From NCBI GenBank assembly GCA_038114285.1, contig JAYNQN010000008.1:651-47218 (forward strand): DNA of 46,568 nt, read 5' to 3'. Below are positions 40,286-46,568 of the stretch, piece after piece (position 1 is the stretch's first letter; each line of letters starts with the position of its first letter). The position numbers were made by a program, and so were the translations under genes. The notes under the pieces are model-generated. The model worked only from the letters and a program-made list of their open reading frames with translations. It did not search any database and was not told the origin of the DNA. The stretch is from Gammaproteobacteria bacterium (GTDB lineage Bacteria; Pseudomonadota; Gammaproteobacteria; Poriferisulfidales; GCA-002705445).

Positions 40286-40655
40286 ACAATTAAATCAAAA
40301 TGTTTTTGGTGAAGACATAGAAATATGTAGTAAAGAAACTATGACAGGTTATTTGAGAAATGGATCTTGCGAGACACTTAATGATGATGTTGGGAGTCAT
40401 ACAGTTTGCGCAAGAGTTACAGATGAGTTTTTAAGATACTCTAGAGAAAAAGGTAATGATTTAATAACGCCAAGACCAGAACTAGATTTTCCGGGTCTGA
40501 AAGAAGGTGATAAATGGTGCGTATGTGCAATGAGATGGTTGGAAGCACTTAATGACGATGTAGCACCTCCTATTCTTATAAGAAGCACAAATATCTTAGC
40601 CCTTGAGATTATTGATATAGACTTATTAAAAAAATATGCAGTAGATTTGCTCTAA
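40278..40655 (+). CDS. DUF2237 family protein
   Basis: NVFGE, TGYLRNGSC, GNDLITP and GDKWCVCAMRW. Confidence 0.88.
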   Translation: MDKQLNQNVFGEDIEICSKETMTGYLRNGSCETLNDDVGSHTVCARVTDEFLRYSREKGNDLITPRPELDFPGLKEGDKWCVCAMRWLEALNDDVAPPILIRSTNILALEIIDIDLLKKYAVDLL

Positions 40656-40742
40656 AAAAAAGATACTAATTGAGTTTGATTTATACTCCCTTAAAAAGTT
40701 AAACCGCCATTAAAAATTTAATTTGGCTAGTTTAAATATAAA

Positions 40743-40818
40743 TGGTGGCTCGGGGCAGAATTGAACTGCCGACACGAGGATTTTCAGTCCACTGCTCTAC
40801 CAACTGAGCTACCAAGCC
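40743..40818 (-). tRNA. tRNA-Phe (GAA)
   Basis: Reverse complement GGCTTGGTAGCTCAGTTGGTAGAGCAGTGGACTGAAAATCCTCGTGTCGGCAGTTCAATTCTGCCCCGAGCCACCA. 76 nt, cloverleaf, encoded CCA. Confidence 0.97.
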
Positions 40819-40994
40819 GCAAACCATTTATAAATTTTTTAAGAAAAAGTGAGTATACACTAATGAAGTCATAGATGAAGTTAAGTTTGAGAAAAAAAAT
40901 ACAATAAAAAAATTTCTTATATTGTTATATATAAGACTATTATAATATTTAAATTATTAAGAATTCTTATTAATTAATAAAAAAAGATTATAAA

Positions 40995-41007
40995 AATCAA
41001 TAACTTA
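40995..41007 (+). promoter_or_regulatory. IHF-consensus site upstream of proteorhodopsin
   Basis: AATCAATAACTTA matches WATCAANNNNTTR and has an A-tract just upstream. Confidence 0.45.
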
Positions 41008-41125
41008 TTATACATAAAATGTATAGATTTTGCATATAATTAAGGGTTTATTTTTAAAATTAAATCACTAAAATGTGAGTGTAGTTAAATAAAATATATT
41101 TTAATAATAACTCGAGGACAATAAT

Positions 41126-41905
41126 ATGATTAAATTATTAGATTTTAGCAAGAAACTTCTTGCGACATTTCTAGTAGTAACATCAATACCAGCAATAGCA
41201 TTAGCTGGTGAGCATTCATCTGGTGGTTTAGCAGGAGATGACTATGTAGGTGTTACTTTCTGGATTATTTCTATGGCTATGGTTGCTTCAACAGTATTCT
41301 TTATTGTTGAGCGTGACAGAGTTAGTGCGAAATGGAAAACATCATTAACAGTATCAGCGCTTGTGACTTTAATCGCAGCTGTTCACTATTTCTACATGAG
41401 AGATGTTTGGGTAGCAACTGGCGAATCACCAACAGTCTTTAGATATATAGATTGGTTGTTAACAGTTCCACTTCTAATGATTGAGTTCTACTTTATCTTA
41501 GCAGCGGTTACAACTGTATCTTCAGGAATTTTCTGGAGATTACTAGTAGGTACTGTAATAATGCTAGTAGGTGGATACTTAGGTGAAGCTGGAATGATTT
41601 CGGTAATGACAGGTTTCATTATAGGGATGATAGGTTGGTTATACATTCTTTATGAAATCTTTGCAGGTGAAGCTAGCAAAGCAAATGCTTCTAGTGGAAG
41701 TGCAGCTTGTCAAACAGCCTTTGGAGCTTTACGTTTAATTGTAACCATTGGTTGGGCAATTTATCCGCTAGGATATTTCTTAGGTTATCTAGGCGGTGGG
41801 GCAGACCCAGCTACATTAAACATTGTTTACAACTTAGCTGACTTTGTAAACAAAATTGCTTTTGGTTTAATTATATGGGCAGCAGCTGTTAAAGAATCTG
41901 CTTAA
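41126..41905 (+). CDS. Proteorhodopsin, green-absorbing, DTE proton pump
   Basis: RYIDWLLTVPLLMIEF (D97, T101, L105, E108), His75 in AAVHY, retinal Lys in DFVNKIAFG. Signal peptide; SD GAGGA. Confidence 0.98.
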   Translation: MIKLLDFSKKLLATFLVVTSIPAIALAGEHSSGGLAGDDYVGVTFWIISMAMVASTVFFIVERDRVSAKWKTSLTVSALVTLIAAVHYFYMRDVWVATGESPTVFRYIDWLLTVPLLMIEFYFILAAVTTVSSGIFWRLLVGTVIMLVGGYLGEAGMISVMTGFIIGMIGWLYILYEIFAGEASKANASSGSAACQTAFGALRLIVTIGWAIYPLGYFLGYLGGGADPATLNIVYNLADFVNKIAFGLIIWAAAVKESA

Positions 41906-41930
41906 ATAAGTAGTTTTTTTTATCATAATT

Positions 41931-41963
41931 AAAGGCTCGCTCTAATCAGTGAGCCTTTTTTTT
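41931..41963 (+). terminator. Rho-independent terminator after proteorhodopsin
   Basis: AAAGGCTCGCT-ctaatc-AGTGAGCCTTT followed by a poly-T run. Confidence 0.85.
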
Positions 41964-41977
41964 ATTTCTAGGATTTT

Positions 41978-43453
41978 ATGAGGAAAATTATTGTTATCGG
42001 TTCTGGTTTTGGTGGATTATCAATAGCTGCAAGGTTAAAAAGTAAAGGCTTTGATATAACTTTATTAGAGAAACAAAAGGACTTGGGAGGCCGAGCTCGC
42101 ACCTTTGTGCATAATGGTTATAAGTATGATGCAGGGCCGACAGTTATTACCGCTCCATATCTTATTGAAGAACTTTTCACGCTTCATGACGAAAAACTTA
42201 GCAATTATGTGAATCTGTTACCTGTAAAGCCCTGGTATAGATTTTTATTTGATAATGGTGAATATTTAGATTATGGCAATAAATTAAGTGACACAATAAA
42301 AGAAATAAAATCTAAATACGGTTATGGGAATGCCAAATCTTATGTGAAATTGTTAAAACATAGTAAAAGAATATTTGAAAAAGCTTTTACTGAACTCTCA
42401 GATCAACCATTTGAGTCAATAGGAAGCATGGTAAAACATTTGCCAGAATTAATAAAAATTAGGTTTGATAGATCAGTATATGCAGCAGTAGATAAATACA
42501 TAGGCAATAAAGATCTAAATCAAGCATTAAGTATGCACCCTCTCTTAGTAGGAGGTAATCCATATAGCACGACTTCAATTTATTTATTAATCCAATATTT
42601 AGAGTGGAAATGGGGTGTTTTTTATTCAGAAGGTGGGACAGGAAAAATTATTGATGGACTAGAAAAGCTTCTTCTTAATGCTCAAGTAGAGATAAAGAAA
42701 GATACTGAAGTACAGCAAATAATTACAAAAAAAAATAAAGTCGTAGGAGTTGAGACACCACAAGGGTTAATAAATTGCGATGGTGTAGTTTGTAATTCTG
42801 ATCCTACTTATACATATAAAAATTTACTTGGATATAAGTCTAAAAAATTATCCAACAATTTTAATCTTAAGCATTCTATGAGCTTGTTTGTATTATATTT
42901 TTCAACAAAGAAAATATATAAAGATGTAAAGCACCATACTATAATTTTTAGTAAAAGACATTATGAGCTATTACATGATATTTTTAATAAAAAATTATTT
43001 ATAAAAGATCCCAGCCTTTATTTACATAGACCTTCAGCAACTGATCCCTCCATGATACAAAAAAATAATGATACGTTTTATGTCTTAGCACCGGTACCAA
43101 ATAATTTAAGTAATATAAATTGGGAAGATAGAGGAAAAGAATTATCAAGTATTATAATTGAAATTTTAGAAAACAAAGCTATGCCAAAATTATCTTCTAA
43201 TATTGTAGACAGCTTTTATATAACACCTGATTATTTTGAAAACGAAATGAACACATATGCTGGAAGTGGATTTGGAATACAACCTATTTTCACCCAATCA
43301 GCTTATTTTAGATATGGAAATAAAGCGCTAGAAACTGATGGATTATATTTTGTAGGTGCAAGTACACATCCTGGCGCGGGTATACCTGGGGTTCTATCTA
43401 CAGCGAAAGTAACTGAGAAATTAATCATTAGAGACTATGGGAATAATAAATAA
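41978..43453 (+). CDS. crtI: Phytoene desaturase
   Basis: IGSGFGGL, DAGPTVIT, LLVGGNP, SLFVLYF and GASTHPGAGIPGV. Confidence 0.96.
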   Translation: MRKIIVIGSGFGGLSIAARLKSKGFDITLLEKQKDLGGRARTFVHNGYKYDAGPTVITAPYLIEELFTLHDEKLSNYVNLLPVKPWYRFLFDNGEYLDYGNKLSDTIKEIKSKYGYGNAKSYVKLLKHSKRIFEKAFTELSDQPFESIGSMVKHLPELIKIRFDRSVYAAVDKYIGNKDLNQALSMHPLLVGGNPYSTTSIYLLIQYLEWKWGVFYSEGGTGKIIDGLEKLLLNAQVEIKKDTEVQQIITKKNKVVGVETPQGLINCDGVVCNSDPTYTYKNLLGYKSKKLSNNFNLKHSMSLFVLYFSTKKIYKDVKHHTIIFSKRHYELLHDIFNKKLFIKDPSLYLHRPSATDPSMIQKNNDTFYVLAPVPNNLSNINWEDRGKELSSIIIEILENKAMPKLSSNIVDSFYITPDYFENEMNTYAGSGFGIQPIFTQSAYFRYGNKALETDGLYFVGASTHPGAGIPGVLSTAKVTEKLIIRDYGNNK

Positions 43454-44285
43454 CAAAAGTATTATTTATAATAATAGTAAATCTTTTTTTTGGGCTAGTA
43501 ACTTTTTGCCAAAGAATATATTTAACAAAGTTATAAATATCTATTCATTTTGTAGGCTGCAAGATGACATAGTTGATGAGGACTTTACATCTTATGATAA
43601 AACAGAAGCAGAAGAACTTAAAAATACAATTAAATCATATGGTGTAAGTGACAATTTAATTGATGAATTAATAGATGGAGTTAAATCTGATGAAAATTTT
43701 ACAAGATATAAAGATAATGGAGAATTGTTAAGATATTGTTATAAGGTGGCTGGAGTTGTAGGTTTAATGATGATTAAAGCACTAAATATCAAAGATGCAA
43801 GAGCAAAACATCATGCTATAGATTTAGGTATAGCAATGCAACTAACAAATATAGCAAGGGATGTTATGCAGGATTATAAGAAAAATAGAATATATATTCC
43901 AATTAATACTAAAATAGATGAAGCGCTCCTAGATAACTTAGATGAAAATGGAACAGAAAAAATAAAAGAGGCAGTTGAACATTTATTATTAAAAGCAGAT
44001 ATATATTATAAAAGTTCTCTAAATGGTATGAAATACATACCAATAAGTTCCAGAATATCTATACTCATAGCGTTAAGAATATATCAAGCGATAGGAAATA
44101 AGATAAAGAAAACGGGAGAAAAATTTCTATATCACAATATATATATTTCAAAAAAAGAAAAATTAATAATAATTATAAAAACAATTCTAGAATTCACAAT
44201 CTTTTTTATAATTCCGTTTCATAGTAAAAAACATAATAAGAGACTACATAATTCTCTAGTAGGATTAACAGATGTCCATAATTGA
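43437..44285 (+). CDS. crtB: Phytoene synthase
   Basis: SKSFFWA, YSFCRLQDDIVD, YCYKVAGVVG and LGIAMQLTNIARDV. Confidence 0.95.
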   Translation: MGIINNKSIIYNNSKSFFWASNFLPKNIFNKVINIYSFCRLQDDIVDEDFTSYDKTEAEELKNTIKSYGVSDNLIDELIDGVKSDENFTRYKDNGELLRYCYKVAGVVGLMMIKALNIKDARAKHHAIDLGIAMQLTNIARDVMQDYKKNRIYIPINTKIDEALLDNLDENGTEKIKEAVEHLLLKADIYYKSSLNGMKYIPISSRISILIALRIYQAIGNKIKKTGEKFLYHNIYISKKEKLIIIIKTILEFTIFFIIPFHSKKHNKRLHNSLVGLTDVHN

Positions 44286-45405
44286 TAAATACGATTATAT
44301 AATCATTGGAGCGGGTTGCGCAGGACTAAGTTTAGCATATAGAATGCTCAACAAAGATTTTAAAGTTTGTGTAATAGAAAAAGAAAGTAATATTAGTAAA
44401 AAAAATAAATTATGGTCTTTTTGGGATACATATGAAAATCCTTTTAATCATCTTGTAGAGAAAAAATGGTCACAATTTTTAATTCAGAATGAATCAAAAA
44501 TTTTAAGTATTGATTGTCATAAATTTAAATATAAAAGTTTAAATTCACATGATTTTAATAATTATATACTAGAGAAAATTAGAAAAAGCAAAAATATTGA
44601 TATCAATTTTTCTTTATCTATAGAAAAAATTAATAAGAATGGAAAAGAAATTGAAATTAAGACAAAAGAAAAAGTTTTTTTATGCAATCATATTTTTGAT
44701 AGTAGACCAAATTTTAGCAAAGTATATATGTGGCAACAATTCTTCGGGGGATATGTAAAAACATCAAGAAATGTCTTTGATGAATCATCTCCAATAATTA
44801 TGGACTTTTCTAACATTGAGCAAAAATTTCATTTTAATTATTTTTTGCCATTTAAAAAGAATTTAGCTTTAATTGAATCAACATATTTTTCATCAATTTC
44901 TGAAGAAGAAAATCTCGATATAAAGTATATAGAAAAATATATGGAAACAAAATATAAGGGTGTAGAGTACAATATAGAGAAAACTGAGTCAGGAAGAATA
45001 CCTATGGATGTTAATTTAAATAGTAATTGTGATTTTGATTATATAACTAAAATAGGATCATATTCGGGAGCAACAAGAGCAAGTACAGGTTATGCTTTTA
45101 TAAATATACAAAAACAGTCAGATCATATTATGCAAAACTTAAGTAAGGTAAAAAAAATAAAAAAATATCATCATAATTTTATTCTTAGAAAGATGGACGA
45201 TATATTTTTAAAAATCTTAAAAGACGATCCTGAATACATTAAAAAAGCATTAATAAAATTATTTTCAAGCAAAAATTCCATAACTCAGATAAAGTTTCTT
45301 TCAGATATACCAAATATAGTGGATATAATAAAAATATTGATATACCTACCAAAGAAAAAGTTTTTACAATACGCTCTAGGAATTCATAAAAATGAAAATA
45401 AATAA
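44272..45405 (+). CDS. crtY: Lycopene beta-cyclase
   Basis: IGAGCAGLSLA, WSFW, FDSR, QQFFG and STGYAF, plus operon context. Confidence 0.9.
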   Translation: MSIIDKYDYIIIGAGCAGLSLAYRMLNKDFKVCVIEKESNISKKNKLWSFWDTYENPFNHLVEKKWSQFLIQNESKILSIDCHKFKYKSLNSHDFNNYILEKIRKSKNIDINFSLSIEKINKNGKEIEIKTKEKVFLCNHIFDSRPNFSKVYMWQQFFGGYVKTSRNVFDESSPIIMDFSNIEQKFHFNYFLPFKKNLALIESTYFSSISEEENLDIKYIEKYMETKYKGVEYNIEKTESGRIPMDVNLNSNCDFDYITKIGSYSGATRASTGYAFINIQKQSDHIMQNLSKVKKIKKYHHNFILRKMDDIFLKILKDDPEYIKKALIKLFSSKNSITQIKFLSDIPNIVDIIKILIYLPKKKFLQYALGIHKNENK

Positions 45406-46294
45406 ATTAGACGATTTTCATAAGATAATTTTTTTTGTAATAAGTTCTATCGTTTTATTAGCAAATTTTTTATTTACTAATTTGTTAACATACGAAATAC
45501 AGATCTATATATTATTTATTTTAGTTTCTATTATCGGACTACCTCACGGGTTTTTTGATTTTACAATTGGAAAAAATATTTTCCAAAAAATTACTAAAAA
45601 TTGGTTTCTATATTTTTCCGCTTCTTATTTATGTATAGCGATTATATATTTTTTATTGTGGAAAAGCATACCAACATTTTCATTATTATTTTTTTTAGTA
45701 ATATCTGCATTACATTTTGGATACGAGGATTATAATTATCTTACTAGAGTAGAAAAAAGAAAATTGATTAATATCAATATTATACTTAAAGGAATAATAG
45801 TTGTATTTACCCCAATTTTGTTTCACTATGAGGAGGTAACTAGTTTATTTTTTATTTTAACAAATTATAGTTTTAAATTTTATGAAATTAATTCTTTTTA
45901 TAAAATAACATATATAATTTTCTTAGTTTCTTACATTGCATTTGAAAAAAATAAAAATTTTTTATATAAGTTTGAAGAGCTGATGTATCTTATAAACTTC
46001 ATTTTTTTACCACCTCTGATTTCTTTTACATTATATTTTTGCTTTCTACACTCAATACGTCATTTTCTTGAATCTATATTTATTTATAAATACGTCCCCG
46101 AAAACTTTACTACGAAAAGTTTTGTGTTAACCATTATTTTAACATCTCTAATTTTTTCTATAATTACAGTTTTTTTAATTGAGAGAAATTTTGATATAAA
46201 TACTAATGAGACTATAATAAAATATGTATTTATTATGTTGGCTTGCTTAACTTTACCACATATGATTTTTAATATGCTGACAAGTTCAAATTAA
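45392..46294 (+). CDS. blh: Beta-carotene 15,15'-dioxygenase (Brp/Blh)
   Basis: GLPHGFFD, HFG, YFCFLHSIRH and LTLPHM. Confidence 0.93.
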   Translation: MKINKLDDFHKIIFFVISSIVLLANFLFTNLLTYEIQIYILFILVSIIGLPHGFFDFTIGKNIFQKITKNWFLYFSASYLCIAIIYFLLWKSIPTFSLLFFLVISALHFGYEDYNYLTRVEKRKLININIILKGIIVVFTPILFHYEEVTSLFFILTNYSFKFYEINSFYKITYIIFLVSYIAFEKNKNFLYKFEELMYLINFIFLPPLISFTLYFCFLHSIRHFLESIFIYKYVPENFTTKSFVLTIILTSLIFSIITVFLIERNFDINTNETIIKYVFIMLACLTLPHMIFNMLTSSN

Positions 46295-46296
46295 AC

Positions 46297-46560
46297 TTAT
46301 TTAGGTTTAAATTCTTTTGGAACTTCCGAACCTTCACCAAAAAAGAATTTTTCCATTTCTTCTTCAAGAAATGTTCTAGCTTTAGGTTCTATGGGTGTTA
46401 ATCTATATTCATTAATGAGCATAGTCATGTGTTTTATCCATGATGCCCAAGCTTCTTTTGATATATTTTCATATATTTTTTCTCCCAACTTTCCAGGATA
46501 AGTTGGCCTATCTAGTCCCTCAAGTTCTTTCTTTAGTTTTGAGCACATTCCCATTCTCAT
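46297..46560 (-). CDS. yggX: Fe(II)-trafficking/oxidative damage protection protein
   Basis: C.KLKKE.EGL...YPG.LG..IY.NISKEAW..W....TMLINEYRL. Confidence 0.93.
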   Translation of the reverse strand: MRMGMCSKLKKELEGLDRPTYPGKLGEKIYENISKEAWASWIKHMTMLINEYRLTPIEPKARTFLEEEMEKFFFGEGSEVPKEFKPK

Positions 46561-46568
46561 TATTTACT

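Noticed and set aside
18034-40588. Alternative-frame ORFs within rpiA, rpsI, adk, pfp, cmoA, ahcY, pyrR, pyrB, proC, metX, yrfG, the MFS gene and DUF2237
   Set aside because: Shadow ORFs of conserved genes.
40767-40795. U-U mismatch in the tRNA-Phe anticodon stem as a sign of a pseudogene
   Set aside because: It is a single mismatch; all other arms and the CCA end are intact.
41018-41034. Sigma54 promoter for proteorhodopsin
   Set aside because: TTGCA is present, but the -24 GG is missing (TG instead).
40743-41126. PR operon as an island integrated at tRNA-Phe
   Set aside because: The operon lies on the tRNA 5' side. No integrase or duplicated tRNA 3' end was seen.

Overview
Very AT-rich, densely packed bacterial chromosome segment. 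The core genes and their order (rpiA, rplM-rpsI, adk, pfp, cmoAB, metK-ahcY, rsmE-gshB-yqgF-pyrRBC'-yggS-proC-yggT-metXW, yrfG, yggX) point to a streamlined gammaproteobacterium. A marine sulfur-oxidizing lifestyle is inferred from aprMBA plus proteorhodopsin. From left to right: (1) 1-8646 is a probable accessory island with a structured leader, a tail-less SSB, a MORN-like secreted protein, a thioester-type alpha-2-macroglobulin and PbpC. (2) aprMBA (APS reductase) is followed by a coupled unknown gene, a metallophosphoesterase and an orphan CbbQ/NirQ/NorQ ATPase. (3) A 61-aa triple-YRG peptide gene has a structured 5' leader and a hairpin downstream. (4) Housekeeping genes include a SAM-II riboswitch before metX. 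(5) An orphan Xre/MbcA/ParS-type antitoxin-like gene is coupled to a SET-domain gene. (6) tRNA-Phe is followed by a green-tuned DTE proteorhodopsin with crtI-crtB-crtY-blh and no crtE or idi. No CRISPR array, transposase or integrase was seen. The best candidates for undescribed biology are the YRG-peptide RNA cassette, the antitoxin-SET pair, the apr-linked accessory genes and the ssb leader RNA. All calls come from reading motifs by eye; no searches were run.
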